Source: Actinobacteria bacterium HGW-Actinobacteria-6
Lineage (GTDB): Bacteria; Actinomycetota; Coriobacteriia; Anaerosomatales; Anaerosomataceae
NCBI GenBank assembly: GCA_002841295.1
Contig: PHEU01000007.1
Span: 6,417 to 70,416, forward strand
Length of the DNA stretch: 64,000 nt
Direction: 5' to 3'
Under the pieces are notes generated by a model. The model worked only from the letters and a program-made list of their open reading frames with translations. It was not told the origin of the DNA and ran no database searches. Positions 7,601 to 18,086 of this stretch are shown piece by piece. The position numbers and the translations under genes are program-made. Position 1 is the stretch's first letter; every line of letters starts with the position of its first letter.

Positions 7601-9589
7601 ATGACCGACGAGCAGAAGGACCATCGCATCGAAGCGCTAAGCGGCGAGGGTCGGGTTGTCGAGCCGCCAACGGATTTTGCCGAGAAGGCATTCATCTCCG
7701 GACGTGAGGCGTACGAAGCCGACTACCAGCGCTCCCTGGAGGACCCGGATGGCTACTGGGGAGACATAGCTCGCGAGAAGCTCGAATGGATGACACCTTT
7801 TGAGCAGGTTAGTGGCGGTGGGTTCGATACGCTCGACAGCACGTGGTTCGCCGGTGGCAAACTCAACGTCAGTGCCAACTGCCTCGACCGTCATCTAGAC
7901 ACATGGCGGCGCAACAAGGCCGCGCTCATATGGGAAGGCGACGATGGGTCGTCGAGGACGTTCACCTACCAGCAGTTGCACTACGAGGTCTCCAAATTCG
8001 CTAACGTTCTCAAGAAGAAGGGCATCGAGCGCGGCGATCGCGTGGCGATCTACCTGCCGATGATTCCCGAGCTCCCCATCGCGATGCTCGCGTGCGCACG
8101 CATCGGCGCGATCCACTCGGTGGTATTCGGTGGTTTCTCGGCAAGCGCACTACGTGAACGTATCCAGGACTGCGGAGCGAAACTCCTGATCACCTCCGAT
8201 GAGGGCATTCGCGGCGGTCGCAAGGTGCCGCTGAAGGCAGCTGCCGACGAGGCGCTCTTCGAATGCCCAAGCATCGAGGCGTGCGTGGTGGTCAAGCGCG
8301 GCGCGGGTGACGTGGACATGGAGCCGGGACGCGACACCTGGTGGCATCAGGAGATCAGCGCTCCCGAGGTCCGGAAGCCGTGCGCGGCCGAGCCCATGGA
8401 CGCCGAGGATCCGCTCTTCATCCTCTACACATCAGGTTCGACCGGGAAGCCGAAAGGCGTTCTCCACACGACAGCCGGTTACTTGCTGTATACGGCGCTG
8501 ACGTTCAAGACAGTCATGGATTACCGGGACGAGGACGTGTACTGGTGCACCGCCGATATCGGCTGGGTGACCGGTCATAGCTACATCGTCTACGGCCCGC
8601 TTGCCGAGGGTGCGACATCGCTCATGTTCGAAGGCGTGCCGACGTATCCCGATCCGGGACGGTTCTGGGCGGTCGTCGAGAAGTATCGCGTCAACATCTT
8701 CTACACCGCGCCAACAGCGATCCGCGCCTTGATGCGCCATGGCGACGGCTGGCCCAAGCGCTACGACCTTTCGTCGCTCAGGTTGTTGGGAACGGTCGGT
8801 GAGCCGATCAACCCCGAGGTCTGGGGCTGGTATCAGGACACGATTGGCAGGGGCGAGGTTCCCATCGTCGACACGTACTGGCAGACCGAGACCGGGGGCT
8901 TCCTTATTACGCCGTTCCCCGGGGCCACACCGCTCAAGCCCGGCTCGGCAAGCTGGCCGTTCTTTGGCATCGAACCCGAAGTCGTCCGCGAGGATGGCAG
9001 CCGTGCAGACCCGGGCGAGGGCGGCTATCTCACTGTGAAGCGTCCGTGGCCGGGCATGTTGCGCGGCACCTGGGGAGATCCGGAGCGCAAGCGGATGCAT
9101 GAGGTGTACTTCGAGCGGTTCCCCGGTCGCTACTTCACCGGCGACGGTGCGCGCGTTGATGCAGACGGTGATTACTGGTTGCTCGGTCGTGTTGACGATG
9201 TCATCAACGTGAGCGGACATCGCCTCGGCACGGCCGAGATAGAGAGCGCTCTCGTGAGTCATGACGCAGTGAGTGAGGCGGCTGTCGTCGGTTTCCCGCA
9301 TCCGGTGAAAGGCGAGGGCATTCACGCGTATGTGGTTCTGCGTGACGGGCAGGTCGCGAGCGACGACCTCGCCAAGATCCTTGCCGGGCACGTGCGCAAG
9401 CTGATTGGTCCTATTGCCAAGCCGGACAAGATCCAGTTTGCGCGGGACATTCCGAAGACCCGATCGGGCAAGATCATGCGCCGGATCCTGAGGAAGATCG
9501 CTGCGGGCGAGCGGGAGATGGAGGCGTTCGGGGATATCTCGACCCTTCAGGATCCGAAGGTCGTGAAAGACTTGCTCGCAGGTTTGTAG
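7601..9589 (+). CDS. acs: Acetyl-CoA synthetase (AMP-forming)
   Basis: 662 aa with [14 protein letters not shown]-binding motif, [34 protein letters not shown] and SGKIMRR C-terminal lysine motif. Confidence 0.95.
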   Translation: MTDEQKDHRIEALSGEGRVVEPPTDFAEKAFISGREAYEADYQRSLEDPDGYWGDIAREKLEWMTPFEQVSGGGFDTLDSTWFAGGKLNVSANCLDRHLDTWRRNKAALIWEGDDGSSRTFTYQQLHYEVSKFANVLKKKGIERGDRVAIYLPMIPELPIAMLACARIGAIHSVVFGGFSASALRERIQDCGAKLLITSDEGIRGGRKVPLKAAADEALFECPSIEACVVVKRGAGDVDMEPGRDTWWHQEISAPEVRKPCAAEPMDAEDPLFILYTSGSTGKPKGVLHTTAGYLLYTALTFKTVMDYRDEDVYWCTADIGWVTGHSYIVYGPLAEGATSLMFEGVPTYPDPGRFWAVVEKYRVNIFYTAPTAIRALMRHGDGWPKRYDLSSLRLLGTVGEPINPEVWGWYQDTIGRGEVPIVDTYWQTETGGFLITPFPGATPLKPGSASWPFFGIEPEVVREDGSRADPGEGGYLTVKRPWPGMLRGTWGDPERKRMHEVYFERFPGRYFTGDGARVDADGDYWLLGRVDDVINVSGHRLGTAEIESALVSHDAVSEAAVVGFPHPVKGEGIHAYVVLRDGQVASDDLAKILAGHVRKLIGPIAKPDKIQFARDIPKTRSGKIMRRILRKIAAGEREMEAFGDISTLQDPKVVKDLLAGL

Positions 9590-9612
9590 TAGCAGCGAAG
9601 GCTCGTTCGTTT

Positions 9613-9650
9613 CCGGTCGGCTATGGGGTGAGCACCTCGTAGCCGACCGG
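9613..9650 (+). terminator. Hairpin after acs: 11-bp stem CCGGTCGGCTA / TAGCCGACCGG
   Basis: Perfect 11-bp inverted repeat 24 nt after the acs stop. The downstream U-tract is weak (TCTGCTATGT). Confidence 0.4.
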
Positions 9651-9755
9651 TCTGCTATGTGAGGACTCTCTCATCGTCCTCTCATGGTTCGTTCACGCTG
9701 CCAGTCGATACTCCTTTCGGCGAACCTCACGCAAAGACGACCGAAAGGATCCGCC

Positions 9756-10952
9756 ATGAAGCTCTCCAGATCAAGGCTGCTACTCGCTGTCGCGTCCGCA
9801 GTGGTTATCGTTTTTGCGACTGCAGGAGTGGCTCTTGCCGCGCCTGTCATCAAGGTCGGTCAGGGTGTTCCGAATGCGGTGCACTCGAGTTATCCCGGCT
9901 TGTGCACCAACTGCCACAACTTCGCTGTATGGCCGGCGCCCACGATTGCGCAGGGCGCTACCGCGACCCACCTCTCCCGTGGGACGACCTGCACGCAGTG
10001 TCACACCGTCAGCACGCCGCCTCCGGTGGTCGTCCGTGTTCCTGTGACGTACGTGAAGGGCGCATCTCGCTACGAGACAGCAGTCAAGGTCTCACAGACC
10101 TCATATCCGAGCGGAGCATCCGCTGTCGTTCTCGCCACGGGCACGAACTTCCCCGACGCTCTGTGCGCCGCCCCGCTCGCCACGGCGTTCGGTGGACCGA
10201 TTCTTCTCGTCCCGTCCGCAAACTCGCTCGATGCGAAGATTCTGGCCGAGATGAACCGACTCCACCCGACGACCGTGTTCGTGATCGGATCGAGCGCCGC
10301 GGTCTCGTCGGGCATCGAGAAGCAGATCAAAGCGCTTTCGTGGGCACCGACGGTGACCCGCCTGGCCGGCGCCGACCGGTTTTCTACCTCGGCAATCGTC
10401 GCCGATGCTGTGAAAGCGAAGCTCGGTACTATCGACAAGGTTGTCATCGCTAGTGGCATGACGTATCCCGACGCGCTCTCAGTCGCCCCGCTCGCGGCCC
10501 AGAAGGGCTGGCCTATCCTGTTGACCAAACCCACGTCGCTTCCGTCGCAGACCGTCTCGGCGGTGAGCCGGATGGGAGCGAGCTCGAGTCTCATCGTCGG
10601 CAGTGCCGCCTCGGTGAGCACCGGAGTGGCGGCGCAGCTTCCATTGCCGCTGCGCAAAGGTGGCGCGAATCGCTATGAAACATGTGCGCTCGTGGCTGAC
10701 TACGCGAAGTCGCTCGGCATGAAGTACGAGTACATCGGCACGACGGTCGGCACCAACTTCCCGGATGCGCTTGCCGCAGGCCCGCTGTTCGCTCAGAAGA
10801 ACGGCATCCTGCTGCTAACGGCGCCTGGATCGGTCGCTTCGCAGGTATCCTCACGCTTGAGCACCAACAAGGCGACGGTTACGTCGTTCGTAGTGATCGG
10901 CGGCGCCGTCCAGCAGACCACCATCAACACGATGAGTACGCTGCTCAACTAG
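9756..10952 (+). CDS. Secreted protein with two N-terminal CxxCH motifs followed by three cell-wall-binding repeat 2 (CWB2) modules
   Basis: Start chosen at ATG 9756 (MKLSRSRLLLAVASAVVIVFATAGVALA-AP signal peptide, AAAGGA upstream); the ORF track starts at 9684. CTNCH is at 9903-9917 and CTQCH at 9990-10004. The CWB2 signature repeats three times: RYET..., TG.NFPDAL.A.PLA...G.PILL. Confidence 0.8.
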   Translation: MKLSRSRLLLAVASAVVIVFATAGVALAAPVIKVGQGVPNAVHSSYPGLCTNCHNFAVWPAPTIAQGATATHLSRGTTCTQCHTVSTPPPVVVRVPVTYVKGASRYETAVKVSQTSYPSGASAVVLATGTNFPDALCAAPLATAFGGPILLVPSANSLDAKILAEMNRLHPTTVFVIGSSAAVSSGIEKQIKALSWAPTVTRLAGADRFSTSAIVADAVKAKLGTIDKVVIASGMTYPDALSVAPLAAQKGWPILLTKPTSLPSQTVSAVSRMGASSSLIVGSAASVSTGVAAQLPLPLRKGGANRYETCALVADYAKSLGMKYEYIGTTVGTNFPDALAAGPLFAQKNGILLLTAPGSVASQVSSRLSTNKATVTSFVVIGGAVQQTTINTMSTLLN

Positions 10953-10975
10953 GTAGCAACCACTGCATCGTTGAA

Positions 10976-11006
10976 GAAGGCGATCGGGGAACACCCGGTC
11001 GCCTTC
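10976..11006. terminator. Bidirectional terminator hairpin between convergent genes
   Basis: GAAGGCGATCGGG-GAACA-CCCGGTCGCCTTC (13 bp with one G-U pair), followed by TTTCGTTG on the plus strand. Confidence 0.5.
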
Positions 11007-11017
11007 TTTCGTTGTCG

Positions 11018-13285
11018 TCAGAGGCGAGCGAGACGCTCTCGGATCCGCATGGATAGATGTCCGAGTTCGCCCGGGTCGCGAGGCGCTACGCCTTCCGTGT
11101 CGACGATATGGAATGTGTCGCTCGCACGTCCGCTGCGGGTGAGGGCGTTTACGCGCGTGATTTCAAATCCTGCATGAGCGATCTCATCGGCGATATCAAA
11201 GAGCAGGCCCACCCGGTCTGGGGAGTTGACGGTGAGCGCGGTAGCGAAGCTCGACTCAGTGCGCGTTTCGATCTGGGTACGTCCCTTTGCGCGAGCCGGG
11301 TATTGCTGGCGTCGCTCGGCGAGGCGACCGCGAATGTCGAGATGACCGTCCATTGCTGCCGCGAGGCGGCGCTCCAGGGCGTTCCACGTCTCAGGGCCTA
11401 TCTCGGCGAGTGTGGCCGAGACGACCGAGAACGTATCGAGCACCGTTCCTGCGGGGCCGGCGAACGCGGTGGCCCCCAGGATATCCAGGCCTGACAGCGC
11501 TATCACGCCTGCCAGGGTCGCGAAGACGCCGGAGCGATCATAGGCTGCTATGGCAACGCGGTGCGCTCCCGTTGTGTCTGTGGCCGAGACGCGAACGGAG
11601 GTTTGCTCACGCGACCCCCGCGGGCCCAGGCGCGAGAGCAGCCGCGCGTCGGCTGCGGCTTCGGTTGCGCTTCGTGCGGCGAAGAACCGGACCGGCACAT
11701 GTCGAAGAACGGCAGCGGTGGCTTCGTCATAGGAGGTGCTGAGTGCTTGTGAGCGGATACCCTCGGCGCGTTCCACCATGCCTGCACCATCGATGTCATC
11801 GGCGAGTGCGGTGTCCAGACGCGAGACAAGCGTGCGAACAAGCGAGGCATGCCACGCGTCCCAGGTCGTGGGTCCGGTCGCCAGGCTGTCGGCGGCGGTC
11901 AGCACATACAGTGGCGCGACCAGGTCCCGGTCGCCGATACGCGCGGCGGTGCGCAGAATCACGTCCTCGTCATCGATATCGGCGCCGGATGCGGTCTCGG
12001 CCAGCAGGAGGTGCTCTCTCACCAGTGAAGCAGCCTTCTCGGCGATGTAGGACGAGCCACCTAAGGCCAGGGCGGTCTGCGTTGCTGCCACCTGGCCTCG
12101 CTCGGCATGGCCGGGCCCCGGAACGGTCTTACCTGAATCGTGGGTGAGGCATGCAGTGATGAGCGCAAGGCGCAGGTCCGGCGAGGTCACCGACGCGGCG
12201 ATCGGGTCCGTCGCGGGTAGCTCGGTGGCGAGCCCCGCTGTCATCAGCGAGTGCGCGCCTACGGTGAATCGATGATCGAGCGCCGGGCGTCGCAATACCA
12301 TGAGTTCTGCCAGGCCCGGAGCAAGTGTTTCCAACGCGCTCCGTCGGGCGGCGCACTGGAGGCGGGGGAGCATGGACGTGCCGTGGGCGAGCGTGCCGAG
12401 CAGTTCTTCCGGCGCCCACTGCCGGGGATGGAGGTCAGTCGCCGGCAATTCCCCCCGGATTGCCGAGAGCAGCTCGTGGATGTTCGCAAGCGCCGAATGT
12501 AGCTCCTCGACAGCCATTGGCGCGGCCTCGGCCGTCTCAAAATCGAGGACCGCTTGCTTGCGGCCAGCACTGTGGTGGAGTAGCCAGCGCGCTGCCGAGA
12601 TGCGATCCTGCGCCGCGGCGATATCGCTAAGCTCGGAATCGCCGAGCAGCCCCGACGCGCCGCTGCCGGGACGCGCCACCGGCGAGGCGAGTGCGACAGC
12701 CGTCCGCCACGTGAGTTCGTCGATGTCGCGTTGGCCTCCGGCGCCTTCTTTGAGGTCGGGCTCAAGCTCGTATGGCGAGCCTGGTCGGGGTCTGGCCGAG
12801 AAGGCTCGCAGTAACGCGCTGCGCTTCTTGCCGGCGTACTTCGCGACTGCAGCGAGCGTCTCGGCGGCAAGCGCATCATCGCCGGCGAGATATCGCCCGG
12901 TGAGCGTGGCTGTGAGCGTCTCGACGTCTTCAGCGCATGCGCGCATATGGTCTTTGCGCGTGCGTACAGCGTGCCCGACCTCGAAGTTCGCATCCCACAA
13001 CGGGTACATGAGCGCCTGGACGCAGTCGCGTGCCGAGCGGGGATCGGTACCGACGATTACGAGCAGGTCGAGGTCCGAGAAGGGTAGCAGGCGCCGTGAG
13101 CCATACGCGCCGAGTGCAAGCAGGCTCCAGGGCTCGCGGAACGAGGCGAAGGCCGCCTCCGCAAGAGCGGAGACGGCCTCATCTGTCAGGTCAGAGAGCA
13201 TGCGCGTTGCGGCTGTTCCGGGCGTGACGCTCTCGATCAGCGCAGCACGCCGGATGATGAACTCCGCAAGCGGCTCGGTTGTCAT
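11018..13285 (-). CDS. glnD: [Protein-PII] uridylyl/adenylyl-transferase GlnD
   Basis: 755 aa with a nucleotidyltransferase motif (GAYGSRRLLPFSDLDLLV), an HD domain (LTHDSGK) and two C-terminal ACT-like domains. It lies immediately downstream of glnK and amt. Confidence 0.85.
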   Translation of the reverse strand: MTTEPLAEFIIRRAALIESVTPGTAATRMLSDLTDEAVSALAEAAFASFREPWSLLALGAYGSRRLLPFSDLDLLVIVGTDPRSARDCVQALMYPLWDANFEVGHAVRTRKDHMRACAEDVETLTATLTGRYLAGDDALAAETLAAVAKYAGKKRSALLRAFSARPRPGSPYELEPDLKEGAGGQRDIDELTWRTAVALASPVARPGSGASGLLGDSELSDIAAAQDRISAARWLLHHSAGRKQAVLDFETAEAAPMAVEELHSALANIHELLSAIRGELPATDLHPRQWAPEELLGTLAHGTSMLPRLQCAARRSALETLAPGLAELMVLRRPALDHRFTVGAHSLMTAGLATELPATDPIAASVTSPDLRLALITACLTHDSGKTVPGPGHAERGQVAATQTALALGGSSYIAEKAASLVREHLLLAETASGADIDDEDVILRTAARIGDRDLVAPLYVLTAADSLATGPTTWDAWHASLVRTLVSRLDTALADDIDGAGMVERAEGIRSQALSTSYDEATAAVLRHVPVRFFAARSATEAAADARLLSRLGPRGSREQTSVRVSATDTTGAHRVAIAAYDRSGVFATLAGVIALSGLDILGATAFAGPAGTVLDTFSVVSATLAEIGPETWNALERRLAAAMDGHLDIRGRLAERRQQYPARAKGRTQIETRTESSFATALTVNSPDRVGLLFDIADEIAHAGFEITRVNALTRSGRASDTFHIVDTEGVAPRDPGELGHLSMRIRERLARL

Positions 13286-13288
13286 CGC

Positions 13289-13663
<375 letters not shown>

Positions 13664-13686
13664 TCACAATTCCTATCCCACAAATG

Positions 13687-14988
13687 CTACGCAACGGTCT
13701 CCGTCTGTACGAAGTCGGGGTACGCACGGTTTCCGTGCTCTCCGATGTCGAGGCCTTCGATCTCTTCCTCGGCACTCACGCGGATACCCATCGTTGCTTT
13801 GATGCCGAGCCAGACCAGCAGCGATACTGCGAATACTGCGGCACCTACGGCGCCGATGCCGATGAGCTGGTTGAGCACCGGGGTGAAACCACCGCCGAAG
13901 AACAGGCCGTTTCCGGTCGTGCCGGGCATGAACTTGTCCTGTGCGAAGAGCCCGACTGCCAGCGTACCGAAGATGCCGCCCATGCCGTGGACTGCGATGG
14001 CGCCCACCGGGTCGTCCCACTTGACCTTGTCGAGGAAGAGTACGCCTACGACGATGAGCAAGCCAGAGAGCGCGCCGATCACGAGCGAGCTGCCAACGCT
14101 CACGTATGCGCAGCTGGCGGTGATGCCCACGAGACCGGCGAGTGCGCCGTTGATGGTCATACCGATATCAGGCTTGCCGAGAAGTCTCCACGCGAGAAAC
14201 GTTGCAGCAAGCGCGCCGGCTGCGGCTGACACGTTGGTGGTGACCATGATGCGTGAGATGGCTTCCGGATCGGCGGCCATGGTACTGCCCGGGTTGAAGC
14301 CGAACCAGCCGAACCACAAGATGAGGCAGCCGGTCATGGCCGAGGTCATGTTGTGACCGGGAATCGCACGGACGCTACCGTCCTTGCCGTACTTACCAAT
14401 GCGCGGCCCGAGGACCAGGACGCCAGCGAGCGCGGCCCACGCGCCGACCGAGTGAACGACTGTCGAGCCGGCGAAGTCGAAGAATCCGAGCTCTGCGAGC
14501 CATCCGCCGCCCCAGACCCAGTGGCCGATAACGGGGTAGATGAACGCCACCAGGATGAACGAGAAAACGATGAACGACATGTACTTGATCCGCTCGGCAA
14601 CCGCGCCGGAGACGATCGTGGCCGCAGTTCCGGCGAACACCAGCTGAAAGAAGAATTTCGCGAGCAAGGGGACGCCCGTCCAGTTAAGTGCCGAGTAGAC
14701 CCCCTGGTAGGCTTCGGCAGTCGCGGGGCTGTTGTCCGCTCCACCGATGAAGAAGAGGCCCTTGAGGCCCATGAAGCCGTTTCCGTCGCCGTACATGATT
14801 CCCCATCCGATGACGAGGAACGCGATGGTCGCGACGGCGAACACCACGAAGTTCTTGGAGATGATGTTGACCGTGTTCTTTGCCCGGGCGAATCCTGATT
14901 CCACGAGCGCGAATCCAAGGTTCATGAAGAACACAAGCATCGCCGCGAGTAACACCCATACGGTGTCGATAACCACCTTCGTATCCAT
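13687..14988 (-). CDS. amtB: Ammonium transporter (Amt family)
   Basis: Start moved to the ATG at 14988 (MDTKVVIDTVWVLLAAMLVFFMNLGFALVESG, with GGAGGAAC upstream). Amt motifs DFAGSTVVH and GGIFGTLAVGLFA. Forms an amt-glnK-glnD operon. Confidence 0.93.
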   Translation of the reverse strand: MDTKVVIDTVWVLLAAMLVFFMNLGFALVESGFARAKNTVNIISKNFVVFAVATIAFLVIGWGIMYGDGNGFMGLKGLFFIGGADNSPATAEAYQGVYSALNWTGVPLLAKFFFQLVFAGTAATIVSGAVAERIKYMSFIVFSFILVAFIYPVIGHWVWGGGWLAELGFFDFAGSTVVHSVGAWAALAGVLVLGPRIGKYGKDGSVRAIPGHNMTSAMTGCLILWFGWFGFNPGSTMAADPEAISRIMVTTNVSAAAGALAATFLAWRLLGKPDIGMTINGALAGLVGITASCAYVSVGSSLVIGALSGLLIVVGVLFLDKVKWDDPVGAIAVHGMGGIFGTLAVGLFAQDKFMPGTTGNGLFFGGGFTPVLNQLIGIGAVGAAVFAVSLLVWLGIKATMGIRVSAEEEIEGLDIGEHGNRAYPDFVQTETVA

Positions 14989-15145
14989 GAAGTTCCTCCG
15001 TCTTCGGGGTCTGATCGGCCTCATGCAGGCTGGGGAGCATCCCCGTGAGTTCTGCCTGGCTACGACGTTACCGTGCGCTTGTTTCACCCGTATTTCTCAG
15101 GCGTGTCAGCTGTGATAAAGCTTCCGGACGCATTCGGCGAAGTAA

Positions 15146-15159
15146 CGAACGTGCGTTCG
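15146..15159. promoter_or_regulatory. LexA (SOS/Cheo) box CGAAC-GTGC-GTTCG upstream of uvrA
   Basis: Perfect GAAC-N4-GTTC palindrome 73 nt upstream of the uvrA ATG. It lies about 15 nt upstream of a TACAAT -10 hexamer (15174-15179). Confidence 0.65.
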
Positions 15160-15231
15160 CTTTCATACGGGAGTACAATTGAGCCTTGACCGAATTGAAG
15201 CTTTCTCCCGCACAGGAAGGGTCACTCCCTG

Positions 15232-18081
15232 ATGTCTCTCGACCGCATCCTCATTCGTGGCGCACGCGAACACAACCTCAAAGGCTTCGACCTTGAGCTT
15301 CCGCGTGACCAACTCGTTGTCATCACCGGGCTTTCGGGCTCTGGCAAGTCATCGCTCGCCTTCGACACGATCTACGCCGAGGGGCAGCGCCGCTACGTAG
15401 AGTCTCTCTCGGCGTATGCGCGGCAGTTCCTCGGGCAGATGAGCAAGCCGGACGTTGACCACATCGAAGGGTTGTCACCCGCGGTCTCAATCGACCAGAA
15501 GACGACCTCGCGCAACCCGCGATCCACGGTCGGTACCGTTACCGAGATCTATGACTACCTCCGATTGCTGTTCGCCCGCATCGGCATTCCGCATTGCCCG
15601 ATTTGCGGCAAGCTCATCCAGAAACAGAGTGCCGAGCAGATAGTCGACGCGATCCTCCAGCTTGATTCCGGGACGAAGTTCCAGGTGCTCGCCCCTGTTG
15701 TGAAGGGTCGTAAGGGCGAGTTTGGGAAGCTCTTCGAAGAACTTCGCGGCGAAGGATTCACTCGCGTTCGGGTGGACACAGAGGTGCGGACGCTGGATGA
15801 GGAGATCAAGCTCGACAAGAAGTTCAAGCACACGATCGAGGTCGTCGTTGATCGCATTGTGCTCAAGGATGGCGTACGCACCCGTCTGGCCGAGAGCGTG
15901 GACATGGCGCTCAAGCTGGCTAGCGGAACGCTCACGGTTGCCGTCACTGATGGCGAGGAGCTCGTGTTCTCGCAGGCGCTCGCGTGCCCGGACCACGGCG
16001 TGTCGATGGAGGAACTTGCCCCGCGCGACTTCTCGTTCAACGCGCCGTACGGTGCTTGCCCGGAGTGCGCGGGTCTCGGCAGCCGATTGGAGGCGGATCC
16101 GGATCTCGTGGTACCCGACCCGGACCGCACTCTCGCCGAGGGCGCGATAAAGCCGTTCTCGGGAAACCTCAACTACTACCCACAACTGGTTGAAGCAGCA
16201 GCGAAGCACCTCGGTGCAGATATCGATACGCCGTGGAATGAGCTGCCGAAGAAGGTCCAGGACGCGCTTCTGAACGGACTAGGCGAAGAGCGGATCCGCA
16301 TCGACTACCTCACACGCGATGGCCGAGAGACATTCTGGTTCACGAAGTACGAGGGCGCTCTTCACTCGGTCATGCGCCGCTACGAGGAGTCCGAGTCCGA
16401 GCAGGTCAAAGACAAGCTCCACGAGTACATGGCTCTTATCCCGTGCAAGAGCTGCCATGGCGCGCGGCTCAAGCCCGAGATTCTCGCTGTGACGATCGGC
16501 GACAAGAATGTCCACGAGGTGACGGGTCTCTCGGCCAAGGACTCCCTGACGTACTTCGAGTCGCTTGAGCTCACGGATCGCGAGCAGCAGATCGGCGCCC
16601 GCGTCATCAAGGAGATCCTGGAGCGCCTGCGCTTCCTGGTCGACGTCGGACTCGACTACCTGACGCTCGACCGCGCTGCAGCTACGCTGTCGGGCGGGGA
16701 GGCGCAGCGTATCCGGCTCGCTACGCAGATCGGCAGCGGGCTGATGGGCGTGCTCTACATCCTCGACGAGCCATCGATCGGGCTTCATCAGCGAGATAAC
16801 GCGCGCCTCATCGGGACGATGGAACGGCTGCGTGGACTCGGCAACACCGTCATCGTCGTCGAGCACGACGAAGAGACCATCCGGGCAGCCGATTACGTTG
16901 TGGATATGGGTCCGGGAGCCGGCGAGCATGGCGGCGAAGTCGTCTGCCAGGGTACGCCGGAAGACATTCTCGCATGCGAGGACTCGCTCACCGGGGCATA
17001 TCTCTCGGGCAGGAAGAGCATCCCGATACCCAAGGAGCGTCGCTCCGCCGAGAAGGGCCACGTGCTCATCAAGAGCGCCAGCGAGCACAACCTCAAGAAC
17101 ATCGATGTCGAGATTCCGCTCGGCAATCTGGTGGTCGTGACCGGCGTGAGTGGCTCGGGCAAGAGTTCGCTTGTGGCCGACACGCTTGCACCTGCGCTCA
17201 GCAACTCCGTGTATCGAACAAGGCATCGTACGGGCAAGCATAAGGGTATCGAGGGCCTCGGTGCTGTCGATAAGGTGATCGCTATCGATCAGTCGCCGAT
17301 CGGGCGGACTCCGAGATCCAACCCGGCTACGTACACCGGTCTTTGGGACGACGTGCGCTCGCTCTTTGCCTCGACTCCCGAGGCGAAGGCGCGTGGGTAT
17401 GCCCCCGGGCGCTTTTCGTTCAACGTGCACGGCGGGCGCTGTGAGTCGTGCAAGGGCGATGGCCAGATCAAGATCGAGATGCACTTCCTGCCGGATATCT
17501 ACGTGCCGTGCGAAGTCTGCCAGGGCAGGCGATACAACCGCGAGACGCTCCAGGTGAAGTATCGCGGCAAGTCGGTGAGCGAGGTGCTCTTCATGTCCGT
17601 GGAAGAGGCGCTCTCGTTCTTTGAGAACATCCCGCCGATCAGGCGGAAGCTGCAGACGCTCTTTGATGTCGGTCTCGGCTACATCAAGCTCGGACAGCCT
17701 GCCACCACGCTTTCTGGCGGCGAGGCGCAGCGTGTGAAGCTCGCAAGTGAGTTGCACCGGCGCAGCACGGGTCGCACGTTCTATATCCTTGATGAGCCGA
17801 CCACGGGTCTGCACTTTGATGATGTCAGGCAGCTGCTGGCAGTACTGCAGCGTCTGGTCGATGCCGGGAACACCGTGCTCGTGATCGAGCACAACCTGGA
17901 CGTCATCAAGAATGCCGACCACATCATCGACCTCGGCCCGGAAGGCGGGGACCGCGGCGGAAAGATCATAGCGACCGGAACGCCCGAGGAGATCGCGGCT
18001 ACGAAAGGCTCGCACACCGGGCGATTCCTGAAACCGGTGCTCGAGGGTCGCGGCGCAACCGTGCAGCCCGAGAACGGATAG
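15232..18081 (+). CDS. uvrA: Excinuclease ABC subunit UvrA
   Basis: 949 aa with two ABC modules ([14 protein letters not shown] and [11 protein letters not shown]), zinc-finger Cys clusters and LSGGEAQR signatures. Confidence 0.97.
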   Translation: MSLDRILIRGAREHNLKGFDLELPRDQLVVITGLSGSGKSSLAFDTIYAEGQRRYVESLSAYARQFLGQMSKPDVDHIEGLSPAVSIDQKTTSRNPRSTVGTVTEIYDYLRLLFARIGIPHCPICGKLIQKQSAEQIVDAILQLDSGTKFQVLAPVVKGRKGEFGKLFEELRGEGFTRVRVDTEVRTLDEEIKLDKKFKHTIEVVVDRIVLKDGVRTRLAESVDMALKLASGTLTVAVTDGEELVFSQALACPDHGVSMEELAPRDFSFNAPYGACPECAGLGSRLEADPDLVVPDPDRTLAEGAIKPFSGNLNYYPQLVEAAAKHLGADIDTPWNELPKKVQDALLNGLGEERIRIDYLTRDGRETFWFTKYEGALHSVMRRYEESESEQVKDKLHEYMALIPCKSCHGARLKPEILAVTIGDKNVHEVTGLSAKDSLTYFESLELTDREQQIGARVIKEILERLRFLVDVGLDYLTLDRAAATLSGGEAQRIRLATQIGSGLMGVLYILDEPSIGLHQRDNARLIGTMERLRGLGNTVIVVEHDEETIRAADYVVDMGPGAGEHGGEVVCQGTPEDILACEDSLTGAYLSGRKSIPIPKERRSAEKGHVLIKSASEHNLKNIDVEIPLGNLVVVTGVSGSGKSSLVADTLAPALSNSVYRTRHRTGKHKGIEGLGAVDKVIAIDQSPIGRTPRSNPATYTGLWDDVRSLFASTPEAKARGYAPGRFSFNVHGGRCESCKGDGQIKIEMHFLPDIYVPCEVCQGRRYNRETLQVKYRGKSVSEVLFMSVEEALSFFENIPPIRRKLQTLFDVGLGYIKLGQPATTLSGGEAQRVKLASELHRRSTGRTFYILDEPTTGLHFDDVRQLLAVLQRLVDAGNTVLVIEHNLDVIKNADHIIDLGPEGGDRGGKIIATGTPEEIAATKGSHTGRFLKPVLEGRGATVQPENG

Positions 18082-18086
18082 CAGCC

